From positions 1-64,000 of IMG/VR virus record IMGVR_UViG_3300025137_005002: a stretch of 64,000 nt of DNA. The stretch is one strand, 5' to 3'. This DNA comes from a virus. The position numbers were made by a program, and so were the translations under genes. The notes beneath the pieces are model-generated. The model was not told the DNA's origin. It worked only from the letters and a program-made list of their open reading frames with translations, and did no database searches. This document shows, piece after piece, positions 10,031 through 18,414 of this stretch. Positions within the stretch are counted from its first letter, which is position 1. Each line of letters starts with the position of its first letter.

Positions 10031-11167
10031 ATGCTTGATATATACGTGGATGGAGTAGACGCAAAAGAATACTTCACAGTAACATATAAACTAGAAGGTA
10101 ACGACTTACAACGTGCGGCATTTGGGTTAGCAGTTGGACAAAGTGTGGGTAACCCTAGTGTAAGAAATGAATATGAAACACCAGAACTAATTAGTCAGTA
10201 TGCGGCAAAGATAATTGGTAAGCCTGAAGACTTCGCCGGCAAGAGTACAGGCATTGTAAAGATTGCTTGGCCTTATAGAATTATTGATTGGGAAACAGAT
10301 GGTATTGCTCAATTGATGTGTGTACTAATGGGTGGACAAATGGACATCGATTATATTCATAGATGTGAGTTATTAGATTTAGATATTGACTTTGAATTAT
10401 GTGATGCAGTTAAACCACGTTACGGATTATCAGGGTTTAGAAAACTAGTAGGTAATTACAATAAGCCGTTACTAGGATCTATAGTTAAACCTAAAACAGG
10501 ACTAACAGAGAAAGCATTAATAGAAATTATTACTGCTTTTGTTGAAGGCGGAGTTGACTTTATTAAAGAAGATGAGATAATGGCAAACCCGGCTTGTTTA
10601 CCCCTTAAGACTCGCATAGACGTCGTACAAAGGGCCTTGAAAGGTACAGACGTTGTGTACTGCTATTGTATTAATAGTGATCCATTACATCTACTAGAAA
10701 GAGCTAAAATGGTTGTCGACGGAGGTGGTAATGGAGTTCACGTTAACTTCTGGAGTGGACATGGAGCATACAAGAGTATTAACAAATTAAACTTACCTTT
10801 ATTTGTACATTATCAAAAATCAGGCGATAAAGTATTAAGTAGTGAGAAACACGCATACCGTATTAGTTGGTATGTACTTTGCAAGTTAGCAAGTATCTGT
10901 GGAGTGGACACAATCCATACAGGTATGTGGGGTGGATATTTAAGTGATGATGAAAACGAACTAAGAAGAACAATGCATATGTTGAGTAACAACAATGTTG
11001 TTCCTGCTTTAAGTTGCGGTATGACAGCAGAACTTATACCAGAAATAACAAGACGCTTTGGGGTTGACTATATGGCAAACGTTGGTGGAGCAATACACGA
11101 ACACCCAGATGGTATGAAAGCCGGAGCATTAAAATTAAGAAAAGCAATAGATAGTGTAACACAATGA
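10031..11167 (+). CDS. RuBisCO-like protein (RLP, probably not a carboxylase)
   Basis: IVKPKTGL, GGVDFIKEDE (carbamyl-Lys motif), GGAIHEHPDG..AGA; HxHR replaced by HYQK and loop-6 Lys replaced (GMWGGY). Confidence 0.88.
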   Translation: MLDIYVDGVDAKEYFTVTYKLEGNDLQRAAFGLAVGQSVGNPSVRNEYETPELISQYAAKIIGKPEDFAGKSTGIVKIAWPYRIIDWETDGIAQLMCVLMGGQMDIDYIHRCELLDLDIDFELCDAVKPRYGLSGFRKLVGNYNKPLLGSIVKPKTGLTEKALIEIITAFVEGGVDFIKEDEIMANPACLPLKTRIDVVQRALKGTDVVYCYCINSDPLHLLERAKMVVDGGGNGVHVNFWSGHGAYKSINKLNLPLFVHYQKSGDKVLSSEKHAYRISWYVLCKLASICGVDTIHTGMWGGYLSDDENELRRTMHMLSNNNVVPALSCGMTAELIPEITRRFGVDYMANVGGAIHEHPDGMKAGALKLRKAIDSVTQ

Positions 11168-11328
11168 TAGATAAAAATAAAACAAAAGATTATACAAAAC
11201 CTGAACCTGCTGAACTACAACGAAAACTTGATGAAAAGATGAAAAAGTTTTTAGAGAAAGGCGGCAAAATTGAGAAACTTGAACCAATGAAACCTACGAA
11301 AGAACAATTAAAAAGTTGGACAGTGTAG
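11164..11328 (+). CDS. SutA-like small protein (54 aa, not in ORF track)
   Basis: ...LDEKMKKFLEKGGKIEKLEP...; FLxxGGKI motif; overlaps neighbours at both ends. Confidence 0.5.
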   Translation: MIDKNKTKDYTKPEPAELQRKLDEKMKKFLEKGGKIEKLEPMKPTKEQLKSWTV

Positions 11329-11855
11329 TGATAAACTATAAGCAACATATTATAAATGTACCAGACTATCCAGTTAAAGGAATACAATTCAAAGACCTTA
11401 CTCCGTTATGGAGTGATACAGAAATACTTTTTCAATTAATTAAAGATATGGCTAAACCTTGGGAACGACGAGGCATTAGAAAAGTTGTTGCTATAGAGTC
11501 TAGAGGATTTATTATAGGTAGTGCATTAGCAATACAATTAGGTTGTGGATTTGTTCCCATAAGAAAACCTGGTAAGTTACCTAGAGATACTTTCAGTGAA
11601 GCATATGATTTAGAGTATGGATCAACAGAGATACATATCCATAAAGATGCACTTACAGATGAGAATGTTTTAATAGTAGACGACTTACTAGCAACAGGTG
11701 GAACTGCTTTAGCGGCTTATGTTTTATTACAAAAGAATTTTCCAAATGTTAATGTTGCAGGATTTAGTTTTATGGCATCATTAGATTTTTTACAAGGGCA
11801 TAGTGATTTAAGTATGTTGGGATTACCAATAGAAAGTTTAGTTAGTTATTCATGA
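11328..11855 (+). CDS. apt: Adenine phosphoribosyltransferase
   Basis: PDYP..GIQFKDLTP, IESRGF, RKPGKLP, YDLEYG, IVDDLLATGGT PRPP-binding motif; GTG start at 11328 likely. Confidence 0.93.
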   Translation: MINYKQHIINVPDYPVKGIQFKDLTPLWSDTEILFQLIKDMAKPWERRGIRKVVAIESRGFIIGSALAIQLGCGFVPIRKPGKLPRDTFSEAYDLEYGSTEIHIHKDALTDENVLIVDDLLATGGTALAAYVLLQKNFPNVNVAGFSFMASLDFLQGHSDLSMLGLPIESLVSYS

Positions 11856-12550
11856 ATTATGTTTTTGATGTAGACGGTACTCTATCCGAAAGTAGACAAA
11901 CTATAGACGTAGACTTTAGACTTTGGTTCATGAAATGGATGAAAGGTAAAGATGTTTTTATTGTTACTGGAAGTGATAGACCTAAAACTATAGAACAAAT
12001 AGGACATGAGATCGTAGATAACTGTACAATGGTATTTCAATGTGCAGGCAATAGTGTATGGCGTAACGGTATAGAAGTTTCAAGTAGTAATCTTAATGCA
12101 CCATCTGATATGGATACATGGTTAGAACAAATGGTAGACTTTAGTAGGTGTCCAGAAAAAACTGGAAATCATATTGAAAAACGTACAGGGTTAATAAATT
12201 TTAGTACTGTAGGAAGAAATGCAGTAGGACAACAACGTGATGATTATTATGAATGGGATAAAATTAATAACGAACGTGTAAGCATATGTCATCAATTTAA
12301 TGAAACCTTTCTAGGCTTTGAAGCAGAGCTAGGCGGAAACACTAGTATAGATATTCATTTAAAAGGAAAGAACAAAGCACAGGTGTATGATATTATAGGA
12401 TCACCTATGGTGTTCTTTGGAGATAGAATTCATGCAAACGGAAACGATAAACCGTTAGCAGACAAAATGGTACACCCAGAAGATGAGTGGCATCAAGTAG
12501 TTGGACCACACGAGACATGGGATATCTTATTACAAAAGTATACGGACTAA
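11852..12550 (+). CDS. HAD-IIB hydrolase, eukaryote-type phosphomannomutase-like
   Basis: FDVDGTL, VTGSD..K..EQ, IEKRTGLINFSTVGR, GGNTSIDI, FFGDR...GND. Confidence 0.8.
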   Translation: MNYVFDVDGTLSESRQTIDVDFRLWFMKWMKGKDVFIVTGSDRPKTIEQIGHEIVDNCTMVFQCAGNSVWRNGIEVSSSNLNAPSDMDTWLEQMVDFSRCPEKTGNHIEKRTGLINFSTVGRNAVGQQRDDYYEWDKINNERVSICHQFNETFLGFEAELGGNTSIDIHLKGKNKAQVYDIIGSPMVFFGDRIHANGNDKPLADKMVHPEDEWHQVVGPHETWDILLQKYTD

Positions 12551-12551
12551 T

Positions 12552-13904
12552 ATGGAACCTGCTGATCCACAAGTAATGAAAAGAAAACTGAATTCAGTTG
12601 GCCCTGGATTCTGTTTAGCCAAGTGGACTCAACTTACACTTAACTTACAAAATGGAACTGCTCACAGTTGTCATCACCCACCTGTACACCAAGTGTCTAA
12701 AGATGAAATTAAATTAGATCCTAGTTCATTACACAATTCAATATTTAAAAAACAACAACGTAAAGATATGCTCGAAGGTGGCAGACCTAAAGAGTGTGAC
12801 TACTGTTGGAGAGTTGAAGATGCAGATCCAAATGCATTAAGTGACAGACATTTAAAAAGTGCATTTAGTTGGAGCAACGAACACTTTGATAAAATTAAAA
12901 ACAATGATTGGAGTACAAACTTTCAACCTACTTATGTAGAAGTAAGTTTTGGTTATGCTTGTAACTTTAAATGTATGTATTGTAGTCCTGCTATTAGTAG
13001 TGCATGGATGCAAGAAGCAAAGCAACATGGAAGTTTTCCAACCTCTGATAATTACAATGATATCAAATGGTTAGAACGTTCAGGTCGTATGCCGATACCT
13101 GAAAGAGAAGAGAATCCATATGTAGATGCATTTTGGAAATGGTGGCCCGACTTATATCCTGCGTTACATACTTTTCGTGTTACAGGCGGTGAACCATTAA
13201 TGAACAAAAATACTTTCCGTATGATGGATTGGATTATTAATACTGATACACCTAATACAAATTTATTGTTAGGTATTAATAGTAACTTTTGTGTTGACGA
13301 CAAACTGTTTAATAAGTTTATTAGTCAAGCACACAAAGTAGTAGATAGTAACAAAGTTCGCAAGTTAGAAGTTTATACAAGTGCTGAAGCAGTTGGTAAT
13401 AAAGCAGAGTATATTAGAACTGGATTAGATTACAAGAAGTTTTTTGCTAACGTAGAACGTGTACTAGAAGAATTTAAAGATAATAATAAATTTATTATTA
13501 CGTTTATGTGTACTTACAATGCATTGAGTGTAACAACATTTGGTGGCTTCTTAAAAGACCTTATTAAGTTAAGAAAAAAGTATGGCAGAGATTGTATGTA
13601 TATTGATATACCATTCTTAAGATATCCCGAAATGATGGACGTTAAAATACTTCCTGGTAGTTTCGAAGAGTATATGATTAGTACTGTAGACTACATGGAA
13701 CAGATGGAAACTGAAGGATTAGTACATAGTAGCGAAACTGCTAAACTTAAACGTATTATAGAATACTGGCGCAGTCAACGTACTGTAGACCATAGCAATC
13801 ATAGAAAAAACTTTAAAGTTTATACTAAAGAACTTGATATTCGCAGAAGCACTAACTTTAAAGAAGTTTTCCCAGAATATGCGGGTTTCTACGATGCAAT
13901 TTAA
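12552..13904 (+). CDS. Radical SAM enzyme #1, N-terminal twitch domain (type A)
   Basis: FCLAKW...SCHH...ECDYC N-terminal Fe-S domain; CNFKCMYC; TGGEP. Confidence 0.9.
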   Translation: MEPADPQVMKRKLNSVGPGFCLAKWTQLTLNLQNGTAHSCHHPPVHQVSKDEIKLDPSSLHNSIFKKQQRKDMLEGGRPKECDYCWRVEDADPNALSDRHLKSAFSWSNEHFDKIKNNDWSTNFQPTYVEVSFGYACNFKCMYCSPAISSAWMQEAKQHGSFPTSDNYNDIKWLERSGRMPIPEREENPYVDAFWKWWPDLYPALHTFRVTGGEPLMNKNTFRMMDWIINTDTPNTNLLLGINSNFCVDDKLFNKFISQAHKVVDSNKVRKLEVYTSAEAVGNKAEYIRTGLDYKKFFANVERVLEEFKDNNKFIITFMCTYNALSVTTFGGFLKDLIKLRKKYGRDCMYIDIPFLRYPEMMDVKILPGSFEEYMISTVDYMEQMETEGLVHSSETAKLKRIIEYWRSQRTVDHSNHRKNFKVYTKELDIRRSTNFKEVFPEYAGFYDAI

Positions 13905-15099
13905 TACAATTTACATAAATAACATTAGTAAAGAAATTAACCAGCATACTGTTGATGCAATATCAACTAACTGTTATGACACTTTAAATGCTGGTACTAT
14001 GTCCTATGTAGACGAATCACTACATTCCTTGGGCATTAACAATCCGTATTTTATATTTAATGGACCATGTGAATGGTTCGGATCTTGGTCGGATTCGCGG
14101 ATAAACTTCGAAGCTCATACCGAAGTGTACTTCTTCCTCTATGAAGTGTTATCAGTATGGCACAATCACTCCAGATATAATTGTCCAGATGGTAGTATAA
14201 AAAAAGAATGTAAAATCAATGAATTCGAAATGATACAGAACTGGTGCAACAAGCACAACGTTAGTAAGTTCTCTATATTTACAAACGAGTATCGTATGTT
14301 AGAACAATTACAAAATACAAAATACACCAACTGGGCAATATATCCTTTAGATACATTTAGTCTAGGTTACTGCAAACTAAATCGTGAACCTAGCAATAAT
14401 ATTCCAGAACAACTTAATTATAAAATAAACTGCTTTACATATCGCTGGGATCAGCACAGACACGCGGCAGTTTCATTTATACATAATACACTTCCTAATG
14501 ATAGTACTATAACACACTGGCATAGAACAGATGATGTATTACTTAAATTTCCGTTAAACACTAGCAAACATTTTGAAGCATATAGTAAAGGTTGTAAAAG
14601 CCTTATGGATTTGTTGCCTATAACAAGAACTGATGCTGAAACTGAATTAGTTAGTATGCAGGATTTTGTTAACCCAAGTAAAGGAACAATAAATAATATA
14701 GCAGGATCAGATAACATAGAAGAAGCATACGAATCATCTTTTGTTACTCTTGCTTGTGAAACTAATTATGAATATCCTTGGGGACAAATAAGTGAGAAAA
14801 CTTTAGATCCTATAAAGCAAGGATCTCCAATATTATTATTAGCAGGACCACATAGTTTAGATTTATTAAAACATTGGGGTCTAAAAACATTTCACGAATT
14901 TTGGGACGAAGGCTATGACGAAGAACTAGACCCAATCAAACGAATGGACAAAGTATTTGATATCATTATTGATATTAGTAATCAATCATATAAAGAACTT
15001 ACTATAATAAGAAAACATATGAAGCCTATACTTGTCCACAATCGGAACTTAATTAGAACTGGTGCAATTAGAAAACACATAACAAAGGTATTAGCATGA
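13894..15099 (+). CDS. Putative GT-B / GT10-like glycosyltransferase
   Basis: C-terminal FVTLACETNY...ISEKT..PI...KTF..FWDEGYD motif resembling GT10 donor-binding region. Confidence 0.45.
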   Translation: MQFNTIYINNISKEINQHTVDAISTNCYDTLNAGTMSYVDESLHSLGINNPYFIFNGPCEWFGSWSDSRINFEAHTEVYFFLYEVLSVWHNHSRYNCPDGSIKKECKINEFEMIQNWCNKHNVSKFSIFTNEYRMLEQLQNTKYTNWAIYPLDTFSLGYCKLNREPSNNIPEQLNYKINCFTYRWDQHRHAAVSFIHNTLPNDSTITHWHRTDDVLLKFPLNTSKHFEAYSKGCKSLMDLLPITRTDAETELVSMQDFVNPSKGTINNIAGSDNIEEAYESSFVTLACETNYEYPWGQISEKTLDPIKQGSPILLLAGPHSLDLLKHWGLKTFHEFWDEGYDEELDPIKRMDKVFDIIIDISNQSYKELTIIRKHMKPILVHNRNLIRTGAIRKHITKVLA

Positions 15100-16241
15100 A
15101 CATAGGTTGGTTTGGTTTAGGCAAACTTGGAATGATTAGTTCTGAGATGTTAGTTAAGAAGGGGCATACAGTTACAGGGTATGACAAGGAAGAACGCTTT
15201 AGTGGGCTTGTACGAGTGTCTAAGACACCAAAAGAAGCAGTAGTAGGACAGGACTTTGTCTTTGTTGCAGTACAAACTCCACACCATAAAGACTATGGTG
15301 GAGAGAAGCCTATAACACATTTGCCAAACAAAGACTTTGGATTAGACCCTGTCAAAGAATGCTTAAAAGAAATTAACAAATATGCAACAGAAAATACTAT
15401 TGTTGTTTTAATCAGTACAATACTTCCTGGAACAACAAGAAGAGAATTCGCAGGCTTATTAGATAAAGCAAGATTAATTTATAACCCATACTTAATTGCT
15501 ATGGGCACAGTTGCTTGGGATATGGTAAATCCAGATATGGTTATCATTGGAGGCAACAAACCAAACGACACTGATGCAAAAGCATTAATAAAATTTTACA
15601 AAACAGTAATGGAGAATGATCCGCATTATAATATTGGTACATGGGAAGAAGCAGAAGCAACAAAAATATTTTATAACACATTTATTAGTGCAAGGTTAAG
15701 TCTTGTTAATATGATTCAAGACGTTGCCCAAAGTGTTGGGAATATGAATGTTGATGTTGTAACAAATAGTTTAAGTAATGCAGGATACCGAATTACCAGT
15801 GCCGCTTATATGAAAGCAGGCATGGGCGATGGTGGACCTTGTCACCCTAGAGATAATATTGCCTTAAGACATTTAGCGGAACGATTAGACCTAGGTTATG
15901 ACTTGTTCGACGCGATTGCCAAAAGTAGAGAAGTACAAGCCGAACGTATGGCAAAAGAAATATTAAAACATGGAAAGCAAATTTGCTTTACAAGTGATAC
16001 ATATAAGCCAGGAGTAACATACACTGATGGATCTTATGCACTACTAGTTCAACACTATATTGGAAAGTTGGGTGGAATGATTGTTAATGGTTTCGACCAT
16101 GCAGTTGAAGTTATGGTTATAACTCACCCAACTGACCATAACTTTAATGTTGATAAAGCAACAATAGTTTTTGATCCTTGGCGTACATACGAAGCCAAAG
16201 ACCCAAACGTGAAAGTAATACATTATGGAAACACTAGATAA
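15096..16241 (+). CDS. UDP-glucose/GDP-mannose dehydrogenase family protein
   Basis: GLGKLG Rossmann motif, AVQTP, STILPGT, KIFYN, GDGGPCHPRD catalytic Cys. Confidence 0.88.
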   Translation: MNIGWFGLGKLGMISSEMLVKKGHTVTGYDKEERFSGLVRVSKTPKEAVVGQDFVFVAVQTPHHKDYGGEKPITHLPNKDFGLDPVKECLKEINKYATENTIVVLISTILPGTTRREFAGLLDKARLIYNPYLIAMGTVAWDMVNPDMVIIGGNKPNDTDAKALIKFYKTVMENDPHYNIGTWEEAEATKIFYNTFISARLSLVNMIQDVAQSVGNMNVDVVTNSLSNAGYRITSAAYMKAGMGDGGPCHPRDNIALRHLAERLDLGYDLFDAIAKSREVQAERMAKEILKHGKQICFTSDTYKPGVTYTDGSYALLVQHYIGKLGGMIVNGFDHAVEVMVITHPTDHNFNVDKATIVFDPWRTYEAKDPNVKVIHYGNTR

Positions 16242-16752
16242 ACTTCAACCTCTAGAATATCATACAGTAGAAATTTCTCCAACTTGGGAAATAGGAGACT
16301 ACGAAGAGTTTGATTACAAAAGAGTAGAGTATGGAGACTTTAAGCAATTAGCAAAATGGAAGACTGCTGGCTTTACACATGATAACTTTACTGGTATGAT
16401 GTTTAATGACCAAAAAAGTATTCCACAATGGGCAAAGAATATAGCAACAGTATTAGAATGGAAAGACTGCGGTTTTACATTTTACAAAATGACTACTGGA
16501 GATATACTACCGCCACACTCAGACCACTTCAACAAGTATAAAGAACTTTTTGGAATAGAGTCAAGTGATGACGTATTACGTGGTTTGGTATTTTTAGAAG
16601 ATAAAAAGCCAGGACACATTTTTGAAGTAGACCAGTATAGTATGAACTGGCACAAAGGAGGTGCCGTTTTATGGAGAGGTAGAGTTCCCCATAGTGCAGG
16701 CAATATAGGATATGAACCAAGATACACGTTACAAATTACAGGACATTATTAA
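16225..16752 (+). CDS. 2OG-Fe(II) oxygenase-like protein
   Basis: HSD...H...N...R.TLQITG facial triad and 2OG-binding Arg. Confidence 0.7.
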   Translation: METLDKLQPLEYHTVEISPTWEIGDYEEFDYKRVEYGDFKQLAKWKTAGFTHDNFTGMMFNDQKSIPQWAKNIATVLEWKDCGFTFYKMTTGDILPPHSDHFNKYKELFGIESSDDVLRGLVFLEDKKPGHIFEVDQYSMNWHKGGAVLWRGRVPHSAGNIGYEPRYTLQITGHY

Positions 16753-17413
16753 TCTAGATATTCTAGAGTTATTAAAGGACTACGGCGTTGGGTGGAATAA
16801 TCCTTACGACATCATATACGAGTTTGAAAAAAGACTCGCTGAATACACAGGTGCACCTTATGTAGTTACAACAGATTGTTGTACACACGCACTTGAACTA
16901 GCCCTACGTTGGTATAAAAAGAGACACCCTAGTCATGTACCTTCAATAAAGATACCTGACCAAACATACCTTAGTATTCCAATGATGCTTGAAAAGGTTG
17001 GACTTTCTTTTAGTATTACTGAAGAAGAATGGATTGGTGAGTACCAGTTAGGACCTAATCTTCCTATATGGGATAGTGCTAGAAGATTACAAAAGAATAT
17101 GTACGAAGAAGAAACGTTCAAATGCTTGAGTTTTGGACACGGTAAACCATTGACAATTGGCAAAGGAGGTGCTATACTATTAGATAGTAGAGAAGCCTAT
17201 GATTGGCTAATTCGTGCCAGGTACGATGGTAGAGATCTAAAAGTTTCTCCTTGGGATAAAGAACACTACGAAACATTGGGTTTTCATTACTATATGTCAC
17301 CAGACCAAGCGGCGATAGGTATAGTTAAGTTAGACCAATACAAAGAAACTGCTCCTAAGAAAGTAGCATATCCAAGTATTAAGAAATGTTTCATGATAGG
17401 GAATAATAAATGA
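16712..17413 (+). CDS. DegT/DnrJ/EryC1/StrS PLP aminotransferase (short form)
   Basis: FEKRLAEYTG, CTHALELAL, DSA, SFGHGKPLTIGKGG, GFHYYM...AAIG. Confidence 0.82.
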   Translation: MNQDTRYKLQDIINLDILELLKDYGVGWNNPYDIIYEFEKRLAEYTGAPYVVTTDCCTHALELALRWYKKRHPSHVPSIKIPDQTYLSIPMMLEKVGLSFSITEEEWIGEYQLGPNLPIWDSARRLQKNMYEEETFKCLSFGHGKPLTIGKGGAILLDSREAYDWLIRARYDGRDLKVSPWDKEHYETLGFHYYMSPDQAAIGIVKLDQYKETAPKKVAYPSIKKCFMIGNNK

Positions 17414-18414
17414 TTATAGAATCACATAATGAATGGGATCCATTAAAGAAAGTTATACTAGGAGATGTGCATGGTGCAAGATTTCCAAAGTACGATGATG
17501 TTTTTAATGAAGTTGCTAAACATAGTAAGTGGACAGAAACTGCACAACCAGTTGGACCAATTAACCAAGACATTATTGACTTAACAGATCACGAGTTAAG
17601 ACAGTTTGAAAAAGTATTAGTTGAACTAGGAATTGAAGTTTTACGTCCAAGACAATTAGACTTTCAACAAACTGTACATGGATACAGATACTTTGCAGAT
17701 GGTTTTTATAATTACTGTCCTAGAGATGTTATCCTTGTAATAGGAAACGTTGTAATTGAAACACCAGTATTGTTTCATAGTAGGTTTCATGAAACAGAAG
17801 CATACCGTGACATTAGACACGAAGCAATGAAGTCAGGTGTTAAATGGATTAGTGCACCAAGACACGCACTACCAGTACATGAAGTATTTGAAGATGGTAA
17901 ACTTACAGAGAAGACTCCAATCTTTGATGCGGCTAACGTAATGCGTTTTGGTAATGACTTATTATACTTAAAAAGTCAAACAGGTAATGCCGCAGGTGCC
18001 CAATGGTTAAGTACAGTACTTGGACCAGAGTACACAGTTCATATATGGGAAGACGTTTATGCGTATGCTCATATTGATAGTACTATCGCGGCACTTAACG
18101 AATCAACTCTTTTAATTAACAAACAAAGAGTTAAGCCATCACAGTTACCAAAGTTTTTAAAGAAGCATAAACGAATTTGGGTTGACAGTGTAGAGGATAT
18201 GGAGTTTCACAAATATCCATATGCTAGTAATTGGATTGGAATGAATGTGTTAAGCATTGATCCTAAAACAGTTGTCGTCGATCCTAGACAACCAAAGTTA
18301 ATTAAGAAATTAGAAAAAGCAAAGTTTGAAGTTATACCTGTACAACTTACACACAGTCGTACATTAGGTGGCGGACATCATTGTGCAACATTAGATTTGG
18401 AGAGACGAGCATAA
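17410..18414 (+). CDS. Amidinotransferase (StrB1/glycine amidinotransferase family)
   Basis: SHNEWDPLK.VILG, CPRD, FDAAN, HIDST, LGGGHHCATLD (catalytic Asp-His-Cys). Confidence 0.9.
   Translation: MIIESHNEWDPLKKVILGDVHGARFPKYDDVFNEVAKHSKWTETAQPVGPINQDIIDLTDHELRQFEKVLVELGIEVLRPRQLDFQQTVHGYRYFADGFYNYCPRDVILVIGNVVIETPVLFHSRFHETEAYRDIRHEAMKSGVKWISAPRHALPVHEVFEDGKLTEKTPIFDAANVMRFGNDLLYLKSQTGNAAGAQWLSTVLGPEYTVHIWEDVYAYAHIDSTIAALNESTLLINKQRVKPSQLPKFLKKHKRIWVDSVEDMEFHKYPYASNWIGMNVLSIDPKTVVVDPRQPKLIKKLEKAKFEVIPVQLTHSRTLGGGHHCATLDLERRA

Noticed and set aside
10031-11167. Bona fide CO2-fixing RuBisCO
   Set aside because: Lacks the loop-6 Lys and the HxHR motif; no small subunit or phosphoribulokinase in the window.
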